Positions 39,301-47,909 of a DNA stretch of 51,053 nucleotides are shown one piece after another. Under the pieces are notes generated by a model. The model was not told the DNA's origin and made no database searches. It was given only the letters and a program-made list of their open reading frames with translations. Position numbers and translations under genes: made by a program. Position 1 is the first letter of the stretch, and each line of letters starts with the position of its first letter. The DNA is from Deferrisomatales bacterium (GTDB lineage Bacteria; Desulfobacterota; Deferrisomatia; Deferrisomatales; JACRMM01), in assembly GCA_033551855.1 (NCBI GenBank), contig JAWSUI010000008.1, forward strand, positions 1-51,053, in the 5' to 3' direction.

Positions 39301-41652
39301 GTCGCGTTCCACGGACTCGGCCGAGACCGTGAGCACGTCGCCGTCCCGAGCGGTGCCCAGGTACAGGACCGCGCTGGCCAGCGACTCGCTGGGGCTCGCC
39401 CCGGGCCCGAGCTGCACGTCGATGGTGTTCTGCCCTGGGTCCGTGGGGTGGAAGGACCCGTTGCCGGTCCCGCTCCCGGTGACCGTGAGGCGCACCCACT
39501 CTCCGTCGCGGTTGCAGTTGAAGACCGTGATGGTTGTGGAGTCGGTGCACTCCGACATCACCGGGGGGTCGGCGGCGAGTGCGCAGTCCGCACAGGCGAG
39601 GACGCTGCCGGCGTTGCCCGCGGTGTCGAGGGGGCTGCCGTCCTTGCGAAGGGTGAGGGAGTAGCTCGGGGCGAGGGACATGCCGGGGCCGAGCTGGCAG
39701 GCGGGGGGTTGGTACTCCACGCCGTACAGGGGGGAGACGCCGGCGTTGAGCGGCCGCTGCATGGGGATGGGGTACGAGGCGTACCCTGAGGGCAGGGGTG
39801 CGGGCGGGATGCCGCCCTCCAGGGGGTACACGCGGCCTTCGGGGAGACTGCCGGCCGGCTGGGGACCGGGGAGCCCTCCGCTCCACTCCATTTCCACGTC
39901 CACGAAGTACCCGCCCCCGGTCACGGCGGACATGTCCCACACCTGGTTGCCGTGGCAGTCGTGGACCTCGAAGGTGTCTTGCACCGGGCCGGTGGGACAG
40001 TCGTCCTGGACGGCGGTGGCCATATTGCCGGTAAGGTTCTCGATGGTGTTCGGGCGCGGCTCGAGCCGGATCGAGTGGCTCTCCGAGTCGGAGAAGGACC
40101 CCGACGCCTCCCCGGTGACCCGCACCGGGAAGGCCAGGTTGTCCACCGTGCGGCCGGTGGCCCCCGGCGGCCAATTGTCCGGCGACTCGTACGTGACCAG
40201 GACCGACCACGGAAAGGCGGGCCCCGAGCCGGTCAGGCGGTCCACCGACGCCAGGGGGCGCCCCTGGGTCGCCGGGGAGACCTTGGGGATGGTCGCCACG
40301 GGCGCGCCGCCGCCGTCCACGTTCTCCGCCCGGAAGCTGAGTTGGTCGCCGGGCATGAGGTCCACCGGCACGCCGCAGGCGTCCCGCGCCTGGAAGATCA
40401 GGCGGTAGGCGTCCCCGCAGGTCGAGATGGTGTCGCCCACCGACCCCGCGTCGCTGTCGACGACGACCAGGTGCGCCGGCCCCCCCGGAACGACGGTGAT
40501 CGTGACGGTGGCCGAGTCGGGGGGGCACGTCCCGAGGGGGGTGGTCAGGGGCGGGGGCTCGCCGATCCGGGCCGTCAGGGTGTAGGTTGCGGAGGCCCCG
40601 CCGGCCAGCAGGTTGACGAAGGTGTCGCAGCTCGCCCACTGGATCTCCACGGAGACGTTGCCGTCGCCGTCCGAGGTCTTGAAGTCGATGGGGGGGGCCG
40701 GGTTCGCCAGGGAGGTCCCTTCGCTGCTGTCGGGGTCCCCCGCCGGCCTGTTCAGGGAGAAGTGCACCCTGCGCCCCGCTTCGGGCAGCCCCTTGAAGAA
40801 CACCGTGAAGTCGTGGGTGGTGGTCTGGTTGGCCACGGTGCCGGTGGTGAGGGTGTGGGAGAAGACGAGGGGGTTGGGGACGATGGAGGGGCAGGACCAG
40901 AGGTTGCGGGGGGTCACCTCGGTGCGGATGGGCGCCTGGCGGTAGCCCGCGTTGGCGGCCAGGACGGTCCGGTCCGGGGTGCGGGTCTCGGCGATGACCT
41001 GCACGTACACCCGCTCCACCACGTCGTCCAGCGCCGCCCCGGCGGCGATCCGCGGGCTCGTGGCGGCGTTGACCTCGGGGAGGTATTCCCGTTCGCCGTC
41101 TCCGTCGAAGTCGCCGTAGTAGAGGAAGAGCTCGGTGGCAGCACCCCCTGCCCCTGCGTCGAAGGGGTACAGGCTGACCGCGATTTCGCCGTCTTCCTGG
41201 GCATTTCCGGAGTAGACCCGTCGCACCAGGTCGAAGTGGCGCCCGGCCGTGGGCCGAAGGGCCAGGTGGTAGGTCTCCGCGTTGCCGGGATGGTTCGGAA
41301 TGGTTCCCAGGGCGGCCGGTGCCGCGTAGATCGACGCGATGTCGGGCGTGCCGGCGGCCGCCGGGACCGGCTCCAGGTCCGCGTTGAAGACCAGCTCGTA
41401 GGGCCCGCAGTACAGGAGCTGGGGCTGGGCGGTGGTCCGGTTCACGCCGTGGCCGATGTTCTTGATGAGCCGTGCGAGCTCGTCTGCGGCGATCCGCGCG
41501 TTCTGCTGCGCCTCGACGGTCTGCTCCTGGATCGAGTACCCCCGCTGCTGGGAGATGAAGACCTGGTAGATGAGAGCCAGCAGGATGGATCCAATGCCGA
41601 GGGCCACCAGCAGCTCGACGATCGTGAACCCCCGCGCGTGCTTCCTGCTCAT
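36367..41652 (-). CDS. Giant (1761 aa) PilW-like prepilin with adhesin-like body and C-terminal Ig-like repeats
   Basis: RG|FTIVELLVAL, QQNARIA PilW helix, many Cys pairs, four W.S..P.VATV..G.VT Big_2-like units and a final Ig-like domain. Confidence 0.85.
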   Translation of the reverse strand: MSRKHARGFTIVELLVALGIGSILLALIYQVFISQQRGYSIQEQTVEAQQNARIAADELARLIKNIGHGVNRTTAQPQLLYCGPYELVFNADLEPVPAAAGTPDIASIYAAPAALGTIPNHPGNAETYHLALRPTAGRHFDLVRRVYSGNAQEDGEIAVSLYPFDAGAGGAATELFLYYGDFDGDGEREYLPEVNAATSPRIAAGAALDDVVERVYVQVIAETRTPDRTVLAANAGYRQAPIRTEVTPRNLWSCPSIVPNPLVFSHTLTTGTVANQTTTHDFTVFFKGLPEAGRRVHFSLNRPAGDPDSSEGTSLANPAPPIDFKTSDGDGNVSVEIQWASCDTFVNLLAGGASATYTLTARIGEPPPLTTPLGTCPPDSATVTITVVPGGPAHLVVVDSDAGSVGDTISTCGDAYRLIFQARDACGVPVDLMPGDQLSFRAENVDGGGAPVATIPKVSPATQGRPLASVDRLTGSGPAFPWSVLVTYESPDNWPPGATGRTVDNLAFPVRVTGEASGSFSDSESHSIRLEPRPNTIENLTGNMATAVQDDCPTGPVQDTFEVHDCHGNQVWDMSAVTGGGYFVDVEMEWSGGLPGPQPAGSLPEGRVYPLEGGIPPAPLPSGYASYPIPMQRPLNAGVSPLYGVEYQPPACQLGPGMSLAPSYSLTLRKDGSPLDTAGNAGSVLACADCALAADPPVMSECTDSTTITVFNCNRDGEWVRLTVTGSGTGNGSFHPTDPGQNTIDVQLGPGASPSESLASAVLYLGTARDGDVLTVSAESVERDPRSPTQPLWACPNGVAIPVNTQCRNLEIYSDAGFSRKVGNEPGDENCLSRMSELFFEVEDCQYAGSGGRLRDAVRVHLIADDGTLDWVDVDLEPVAPANPGDPPTLFRSVRGLWIEEGPVSLHDGILTYPSGANVQLLAGYKDPYDPSDNWVANLASPALPPLPLKNHDCEKLVRLQPPLPICFPNAITSGGGGVWRGNFQIHWGDVVIRGNVVLAPTPKFIQQSETGQFDGASYSGAKNTDRFVNVYVGRQKTDSGEEDFSTGNYLRNNNTPISQPDPAHPIDRPFIPGAPGEDIIGKGESFGNYFRNLPSDKINEMLRELDYDVMKSLAKGRGAYWYTLAAGNAYGRTAGTLRNPATGQMASLDAVLGLAVVNGVNQYYDGQYIFIDTYATQDPGPATTGADIDATPTNQLPQFSLSTNYTQGVIYIAGSVDFKGGGVGRSVEAVTPPIYDDVTYYPLIEDPSWVLTRDDFPIRPDPSFEPTTFTLSGININGGIYMDGEAIFGGSPKIYGAITTERGFGGSGTPEIWYNYVLNSTQDNVNLCIECCTLELSPSSKTIFPGDVLTLHALNKTGTMIWRSEDPAVATVSAGGVVTAAQVLGRARIIGVDENNCVARSELSVVDPCSVFGIVAPSPQTIEVGETTTLTYQAKPGATVRWSTDQGNASIDSTTGFLTGLSAGPVILTAEDQTNGCQDTLLFQVTCPNQSLSPTLVTLETGQGVDLVLTGAKNNTSWSSSNPGVATVSGTGTVTGVSSGTATITARSPPGANCPLTANVTVVCPALAIEPASPALSVGETLGLSLTGGSGTAAWSSSNPAVATVDPSTGFVTAVGAGTATIRATSPDGSDCFADTTVSVDCPAPAVRIDWPDSTGSYGLLGSWGPLLPWMATPHDNLSATGLDQIDRVVFDISPRPLGFTPIVEQVWQYCGFGSDDCFANPGDVSGWPNGDYTLTATAHSTCGDRTATQSVTITVINVP

Positions 41653-41763
41653 GGGCTGTCTCCCTAAGGGGTCCGGCGGTTACGCCAGCGTAACCGGTCG
41701 GGGCCCCGCGGTGCGGTTTTCTCGCCTCTGCGCCGCCGTTCCGTCCGGCGCTCCCGGCGTCTT

Positions 41764-41779
41764 TGCAGATTTCGTGCCT
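41764..41779 (-). promoter_or_regulatory. Sigma-54 -24/-12 promoter of the pilin operon
   Basis: Minus strand aGGCACGAAATCTGCa (GG-N10-GC), ~110 nt upstream of the start. Confidence 0.6.
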
Positions 41780-42055
41780 CTTCGGGGCGTAGTGGCCCGC
41801 CGGTGCCGACCAGGCCCAGGGGTCTCCGCTTGCCTGCTTAGGGATTGTCCTTGTCCCCCAGCGGATCCCTCTGGTAAGTACAGCCCTCACCTTGTGCGTG
41901 CCGGCCGGGGCTGCCGACGGGGTTCGGTGTCGGTGTCGGGGCCCGCGCCGGCAGGGTGACGGATCGGATCGGCAAGGCAGTGCGGCGACTTGAGCCGCGG
42001 ACCCCCCGCGCCGATCTGTGCCGTGCCCCTTCCACATCGTGAGAAGAGCGACCCG

Positions 42056-43675
42056 ATGCACGCTGGCCGAGCCCCTTGGATCCCGACCCTGTTGATCCTG
42101 GTCACGGCGTTGGGAGGCTGTGCGGGGGTGACGCCCCCCCCCGCGCCCCCGGCGCCCCCAGGGCCCCGGGCGCGGCAGGAGCCGCCTCCGCCCGCCCCTG
42201 ATCCCGCGCCCTCGCCGGAGCCGGCGTTCGCCGGCACGCCGGCGCCCCCGCCCCCCCCCGTCCTTCGGCCCATCCCCGAGCCTGTGCTTCCCCCCGAAGC
42301 CCGGCGCCCGGAGGAGCCTCCCGGGCCCTCCGGCCCGGAGCCGCTCCCCATACCCGACCGCCCCGAGATCGGCGCGGTGCTCGACGAGTTCACCGGGGTT
42401 CAGGCACGGGGCCTGGACGTGGCCTTTCGGCGGGGCGAGCAGTATCTGCCCATGATCCGGGCCATCCTGGCCGAGGAGGGTCTGCCGGAGGAGCTGGCGT
42501 ACCTAGCCCTGGTGGAGAGCTCCTTCCACCCCCACGCCCGCTCTCCGGCGGACGCCGTGGGACTGTGGCAGTTCATCGAGTCCACGGGCCGCGCCAGCGG
42601 GCTGCGAATCGACTGGTGGGTGGACGAACGGCTCGACCCCGAGGCCGCGACGCGGGCCGCCGCGGCGCACCTCAAGGAGCTCTATGGGCGCTTCGGGGAC
42701 TGGGACCTGGCCCTCGCCGCCTACAACGCCGGCCCGGGGGGTGTTGCCCGGGCACGGGCGTCGGCCCAGGCGGACTGCTACTGGGAGCTCTCGGCGGCTG
42801 GGGCGCTGCGCGCCGAGACGCGGCGGTACGTTCCCAAGTTCTACGCGGCCGTGCAGCTCGCGCGGGACCGGGAGGCGAACGGGGGGCAAGGCGCGGGCGG
42901 TTCCTTGCCGTACGAGACGGTGGCGGTCGACACGCCCGTGGATCTCCACACGGCGGCCCGCCTGGCCGGGAGCACCCCCGCCGAGCTTCGGGAGCTCAAT
43001 CCCGCCCTGAAGCGGGGGTGCACCCCTCCGGGGCCTCCCTCCTACCGGCTTCGGGTCCCTCACGGTACCGCCCGGCGGGTGAGGGACGGGCTGGCCGCCA
43101 TACCCCCTGCGGAACGGCTCGCCTTTCAGCGCTACCAGGTCCGGTCGGGAGATAGCCTGTGGGAGATCGCCCGGAGGCACGGGACCCCCGCCTCGGCGGT
43201 GGCCGAGCTCAACGGGCTTGCGGACCCGCGCCGCCTCCGGCCTGGCCAGGAACTGGTCATCCCCGTTGCCCGGGGGCGCGCCGCCTCCGAGGTGGCGCGG
43301 GGCGGCGAGGCCGTCGGCCGGGGCCGGCGGGGGTCCTCCGGGATCCACGTGGTGCAGGCGGGGGAGACCGTGTGGGGGATCGCCAGGCTCCACGGCGTCG
43401 CAACCGCGGACGTGCTCCGCTGGAACGGGCTGGGTCCCTCCGCCGCGATACGCCCGGGGGACCGGGTGGCGGTCGCCCCCCCGCCTCGGGCGAAGCAAGG
43501 AGCAGCTGCAGCCCCCCGAGTCCACGTGGTGCAGGCGGGGGAGAGCCTGTGGGCCATCTCCCGGCGCTACGGCGTGCCCCTGCCGGAGCTCCTGGAGCGA
43601 AACGGGCTGACCCCGCCGGTGATCTTGCGCCCCGGGGACCGGATCACGGTGGCGGCGGCCGGAGACCCGGGCTGA
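42056..43675 (+). CDS. MltD-like lytic transglycosylase lipoprotein with three LysM domains
   Basis: Lipobox LGGC, Pro-rich linker, LVESSF catalytic Glu, GLWQFI, AAYNAG, three V..G(D/E)(S/T)(L/V)W.I(A/S) LysM units. Confidence 0.9.
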   Translation: MHAGRAPWIPTLLILVTALGGCAGVTPPPAPPAPPGPRARQEPPPPAPDPAPSPEPAFAGTPAPPPPPVLRPIPEPVLPPEARRPEEPPGPSGPEPLPIPDRPEIGAVLDEFTGVQARGLDVAFRRGEQYLPMIRAILAEEGLPEELAYLALVESSFHPHARSPADAVGLWQFIESTGRASGLRIDWWVDERLDPEAATRAAAAHLKELYGRFGDWDLALAAYNAGPGGVARARASAQADCYWELSAAGALRAETRRYVPKFYAAVQLARDREANGGQGAGGSLPYETVAVDTPVDLHTAARLAGSTPAELRELNPALKRGCTPPGPPSYRLRVPHGTARRVRDGLAAIPPAERLAFQRYQVRSGDSLWEIARRHGTPASAVAELNGLADPRRLRPGQELVIPVARGRAASEVARGGEAVGRGRRGSSGIHVVQAGETVWGIARLHGVATADVLRWNGLGPSAAIRPGDRVAVAPPPRAKQGAAAAPRVHVVQAGESLWAISRRYGVPLPELLERNGLTPPVILRPGDRITVAAAGDPG

Positions 43676-43813
43676 CGGGGGAAGGATGCCGTCGGTCGTC
43701 CCTTCCAGGACCCCTCGCCGTGCTTTGCGGGGGAAAACCCAGCAGACCTCTTGCCGAGAGGTGCCGGCCGCGGGGCCTCGGTCCCTTCGCGGGCGCGCTC
43801 CCGGGGGCTACCG

Positions 43814-44266
43814 GTGACCGCGTACCGGAACCCCCTGCCGACGGTGGACGTCGTCGTGGAGTGCGGCGCCGGGGTGGTCCTCGTCCGCCGGCGCCATCCC
43901 CCTGCGGGGTGGGCCCTGCCGGGAGGGTTCGTGGAGGAGGGAGAGAGCTTCGAGGAAGCGGCCGTGCGGGAGGCGGCGGAGGAAACCGGGCTCTGCGTCG
44001 AGCTCACGGAACAGTTCTTCACCTACTCCGACCCGGCCCGGGATCCCAGGCGTCACACCGCGACGACCGTGTACCTGGGGCGGGCCCGGGGGAACCCCCG
44101 GGGGGGCGACGACGCCGCGGAGGCCCGGGTGTGGCCCTGGGACGCGCTTCCCTCCCCCCTGTGCTTCGACCACGCCCGCATCCTGGGGGACGTCCTTCGG
44201 TACCGGCGCACGGGCTTGCGCCCCCGCCTCGAGAGCCGCCCCCCGCCCGCCGGTCAGGGTCCGTGA
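43814..44266 (+). CDS. NUDIX hydrolase
   Basis: Nudix box GGFVEEGESFEEAAVREAAEETG, YSDPARDPR, FDHARIL. Confidence 0.92.
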   Translation: MTAYRNPLPTVDVVVECGAGVVLVRRRHPPAGWALPGGFVEEGESFEEAAVREAAEETGLCVELTEQFFTYSDPARDPRRHTATTVYLGRARGNPRGGDDAAEARVWPWDALPSPLCFDHARILGDVLRYRRTGLRPRLESRPPPAGQGP

Positions 44267-44338
44267 AACCGTCTGCCGCGCGACCGGCTTGCTTCGTCGT
44301 CCACTCCGGCCTGCTCACGGCGATCCTTTCGCAAACCC
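44257..44338. mobile_element. 82-bp MITE-like element with imperfect terminal IRs and TCA target duplication
   Basis: TCA|GGGTCCGTGAAA ... TTTCGCAAACCC|TCA. Confidence 0.55.
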
Positions 44339-45226
44339 TCAGTGAACCTTGAGGAAGCAGCACTCCCCGTAGGGGCGACCGGAGCCGCAGGTGCACGGGG
44401 AGCTGCCGTCACGGGCTGTCGCGGGTTCCGGGGAGCCCTCCTCTTCCCGGGCTTCCGCCTGCTCCCGCTCCCACCGCTCCTGGCGCCTCTCGATCTCCTC
44501 GGGGTCGTAGAAGCCCATCCAGTCCCGACGGTAGTACTCGAGGGCGGCCTCCGGGGGCTCGGCCAGGAGGTCGTCCACCTCCCAATCGTAGAACACCCCC
44601 TGATACTCCGAGTCTTCCCGGTGCCGGCGTGCCTCCTCGCGCCCGAAGGACACCAGGAGGTCCCGATGCTCCGCCGCGCGAAGGTCCGCCAGGACGTTGG
44701 CGGCGGTCTGGCGCAGCATCAGCCCCTCGGAGGGTGGGGCCACGAACCCCGCGGCCAGGGCGACCACCTGGTCGGTCAGGTAGGACGCCGTGAAGGCGAC
44801 CGCAGCCAGGGAGGCCAGCGCGACGGAACGGGCTCCGGGGCCGGCCGTGGGGTCTCGGGCGATCGCGAGGAGGGGTTCGAAGGCCGCAGGGCCCAGGCGG
44901 CCGAAGATGCTCGGGAGGTCTTCGGTCACCCAGTCACAGTCGAACGCGTCCGCCCACCGAAGGGCGCAGAGGAGGGGCACCAGGGAGTTGGGGGTCTCCA
45001 TCGCCCCCAGCAGGTAGGTGGCGTGGACGGCCGCCCACCACTCCGGCAGGGGCTGGGTCCAGGCAGCCTTGTCCCCCACGATCTCGGCCAGGGAAGGGAA
45101 GATGCGGGAGCCGCGCCGGAGGAGCTCGTCCACCGCTTCCCGCGGCAGGCGGTCGCCGGCCGTGTACAGGAGGTCGAGCAGGTCGCCGTCGCTCAGCGCG
45201 TGAAACCGGGGCTCCTCCGTTGCCAT
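44339..45226 (-). CDS. DUF1186-like helical protein with C-terminal SEC-C motif
   Basis: LPREAVDE, HATYLLG, WVTEDLPSIF; CTCGSGRPYGECC. Confidence 0.75.
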   Translation of the reverse strand: MATEEPRFHALSDGDLLDLLYTAGDRLPREAVDELLRRGSRIFPSLAEIVGDKAAWTQPLPEWWAAVHATYLLGAMETPNSLVPLLCALRWADAFDCDWVTEDLPSIFGRLGPAAFEPLLAIARDPTAGPGARSVALASLAAVAFTASYLTDQVVALAAGFVAPPSEGLMLRQTAANVLADLRAAEHRDLLVSFGREEARRHREDSEYQGVFYDWEVDDLLAEPPEAALEYYRRDWMGFYDPEEIERRQERWEREQAEAREEEGSPEPATARDGSSPCTCGSGRPYGECCFLKVH

Positions 45227-45240
45227 GGTCGTGGGCCGGC

Positions 45241-46440
45241 TCACGGCCGGGTGAGTCGCGCCAGCGCCGCCTCGAAGCGCGCCAGCCCCTCGGCGATGAC
45301 CTCCCGGGAAGTGGCGTAGGAGAGCCGCACGTGATGGTCGGAGCCGAAGGGGGCCCCGGGGACCACCGCCACCCGGGCCTCGTCCAGCAGGAAGCGGGCC
45401 AGGTCGAAGGAGTCCCGCAGCTCCTCTCCCTGGAAGCGGCTGCCGTAGAGGCCGGAGACGTTGGGAAAGGCGTAAAAGGCCCCTTGGGGCAGGGGGCAGC
45501 GGATGCCAGGCAGGGCGTTGAGCCCCTCGACGAGGAAGTCCCTTCGCCGGGCGAACTCCGCCACCATCTCCGCGACGCACTCCTGCGGACCGGTGAGGGC
45601 CACGGCGGCGGCCTTCTGGGCGAAGCTCGTGGGGTTCGAGGTGGACTGGCTCTGCAGCTTCTCCATGGCGCCGATCAGCGCGGCCGGCCCCGCTGCGTAC
45701 CCGATGCGCCAACCGGTCATGGCGTAGGTCTTGGAAACCCCGTTCACGATGACGACGCGGTCTCGCAGCTCCGGCGCCACCTCCAGGATCCCCACGAAAC
45801 GCCCGCCCTCGTACACGAGCTTCTGGTAGATGTCGTCGCTGACCACCAGCAGGTCCGTGCCCCGGAGAACCTCCGCCAGGGCTTCCAGGTGGAGGCGTCC
45901 GTACATCGCGCCGGTCGGGTTCGAGGGGCTGTTGAGGATCAGTGCCCGGGTGCGCGGCGTGATGGCTGCCTCGAGAGTCTCGGGGCGCAGCCGGAACCCG
46001 TCCTCCTCCCGCGTCGGCACGATCACGGGCGTCGCGCCGGCCACCTGCACCTGCTCCGGGTAGCTCACCCAGAAGGGGGCGGGGATGATCACCTCGTCCC
46101 CGGCGTCCAGGAGGGCCAGGAACAGGTTGAAGAGGGTGTGCTTGGCGCCGCAGGAGGCGGTCACCTCCCCCGGCGTGTAGCGCAGGCCGTAATCCCGTTC
46201 CAGACTACGGCAGATGGCGCCCTTGAGCTCCGCCGTCCCGCCTACGGGCGTGTAGCGGGTGTCGCCGTCGTGGAGCGCGGAGACCGCCGCGTTCACGATG
46301 TGCCCGGGGGTCGGGAAGTCCGGCTCGCCGGCACCAAAACCGAGGACGTCGATCCCCTCGGCCTTCATCTGCTTGGCTTTGGCGTCGATGGCCAGCGTGG
46401 CCGAGGGCTTGATCTGCTCTGCGCGCGGGCTCAGCTTCAT
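45241..46440 (-). CDS. Class I PLP-dependent (aspartate) aminotransferase
   Basis: GAGEPDF, NSPSNPTG, SDDIY, NGVSKTYAMTGWRIG, VRLSYA. Confidence 0.93.
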   Translation of the reverse strand: MKLSPRAEQIKPSATLAIDAKAKQMKAEGIDVLGFGAGEPDFPTPGHIVNAAVSALHDGDTRYTPVGGTAELKGAICRSLERDYGLRYTPGEVTASCGAKHTLFNLFLALLDAGDEVIIPAPFWVSYPEQVQVAGATPVIVPTREEDGFRLRPETLEAAITPRTRALILNSPSNPTGAMYGRLHLEALAEVLRGTDLLVVSDDIYQKLVYEGGRFVGILEVAPELRDRVVIVNGVSKTYAMTGWRIGYAAGPAALIGAMEKLQSQSTSNPTSFAQKAAAVALTGPQECVAEMVAEFARRRDFLVEGLNALPGIRCPLPQGAFYAFPNVSGLYGSRFQGEELRDSFDLARFLLDEARVAVVPGAPFGSDHHVRLSYATSREVIAEGLARFEAALARLTRP

Positions 46441-46949
46441 CCTGCCGTCCTCCGGGGGCGACCCTCCTGAATCTGCGTCTTCCTGCGCATGGCCTCGATG
46501 ACGACCGGCGGTGCCAGTTCGCGGATGCACCCCCCGAGGCTGAACACCTCCTTCAGGATCCGCGAGCTCACGTAGGAGTAGTTCTCGCGGGCCGCGAGGA
46601 AGAAGGTCTCCGCCTCGGGATAGAGCTTCCGGTTCATGAGGGCCATCTGGAACTCGTATTCGAAGTCCGAGACGGCCCGGAGGCCCCGAATCACGACCTG
46701 GATCCCCTCCGCCTTCATGTAGTCGACCAGGAGGCCCTGGAAGGAGTCCACCCCCACCTTCGGGTGGGCGCGGAAGACCTCCCGCATGAGGTCCATCCGC
46801 TCCTCCAGGCTGAAGAGGGTCTTCTTCTCGCTGTTGACCGCCACGAGGACCAGCAGGCGGTCGAACACCTCGGCACCGCGGAGGATGATGTCCACGTGGC
46901 CGTTGGTGATGGGGTCGAAGCTGCCGGGGTATACGGCGGTCGTGAGCAC
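46437..46949 (-). CDS. coaD: Phosphopantetheine adenylyltransferase
   Basis: YPGSFDPITNGH, IRGLRAVSDFEYEFQMALMN, YVSS. Confidence 0.97.
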   Translation of the reverse strand: MLTTAVYPGSFDPITNGHVDIILRGAEVFDRLLVLVAVNSEKKTLFSLEERMDLMREVFRAHPKVGVDSFQGLLVDYMKAEGIQVVIRGLRAVSDFEYEFQMALMNRKLYPEAETFFLAARENYSYVSSRILKEVFSLGGCIRELAPPVVIEAMRRKTQIQEGRPRRTAG

Positions 46950-47058
46950 GAGAGCCTCCTGGAGGGCCCGGAAAGCACCCTTTTATACTGAAGCGCATGG
47001 GGGAAGTAAAGGGCCGGCCCAGAACTGGCCCAGAACTGCATCCCCCCCGTGCCGGACA

Positions 47059-47100
47059 AGCGGGGTCCGGGAGACCCTGCGTTTCGCCCCGCAATCCGCG
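47059..47100. repeat. Dispersed 42-bp repeat, copy B
   Basis: AGCGGGGTCCGGGAGACCCTGCGTTTCGCCCCGCAATCCGCG. Confidence 0.85.
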
Positions 47101-47272
47101 ACCATGGAAAGGGGTGTACCGGCGGGCCCCGCTGTGTCGGACTTCACCATTCTGCATCGGGCGGTGCGGTTCGGTCGAGGCGGTACGGGGCTGCCCTCCG
47201 GGGCTCCCTCACCCCGCCCCACGATGTGGCGGTGGAATCCGGCGGAGCTCCCCGGCCCTGGGGCAGAGGACC

Positions 47273-47710
47273 CTACCGGGAGCCCTGGAGGCGGGCGATC
47301 CTGGCCCGGAGCCCCCTGCCGTGGGACCCCTCCCAGTAGACCCGTCCGCACGAGCGGCAGGCGAGGAAGTGGGTGTGTGTGGCGGCCACATGGTCCGGAA
47401 GGCTGGGCCGAACCTCCTCGGGGGAGGCGGGCCGCAGGCGCCCGTTGCACCGGAGGCAGCGGGTAAGGGGGGTGGGGGCGTCCGCGAGCCCCAGGCTTCG
47501 GATCACTTCCCTGCTCTGGGCCGGTGCGCGCGTCTCCGCGACCAGGACACAGCTGACGCCCGCGGCTCGCCGGGCGAGCTCCCGGTCTCGGGTGATCAGG
47601 ATACGCCCCTCCCGGCGGCACCGGCCCAGCAGCTCGGCGTCTCGGGAGGCTCCCCCGTACGCGGCGTCGTAGCCCAGCAGGCGAAGGTCCCGGGCCACGT
47701 GGCCGAGCAT
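47273..47710 (-). CDS. Mut7-C RNase domain (PIN-like + Zn ribbon) protein; true start uncertain
   Basis: (RFLVDA)MLGHVARDLRLLGYD, ILITRD, RCLRCN, CRSCGRVYWEGSH. Confidence 0.85.
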   Translation of the reverse strand: MLGHVARDLRLLGYDAAYGGASRDAELLGRCRREGRILITRDRELARRAAGVSCVLVAETRAPAQSREVIRSLGLADAPTPLTRCLRCNGRLRPASPEEVRPSLPDHVAATHTHFLACRSCGRVYWEGSHGRGLRARIARLQGSR

Positions 47711-47836
47711 GGCGTCTACCAGGAAACGCAGGTCGGCCCCTGCGGGGCCCCGCCCCCGATTGCCCTTGCACCGTCGCCAAATTCTGTGTTAGTTGCCATC
47801 TTTCTGGGATCCTCGACAGGAATGATTTCAGGCAGT

Positions 47837-47862
47837 TGTTTCACTTTGTTTCAAGTGTTTCA
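47837..47862 (+). promoter_or_regulatory. Three TGTTTCA direct repeats upstream of the cytochrome gene
   Basis: At 47837, 47847 and 47856 in an AT-rich divergent intergenic region. Confidence 0.5.
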
Positions 47863-47909
47863 CGGGATCTTCGTGTTCGGTCATCACCCCCGCCCTGGAG
47901 GAAGCACTG

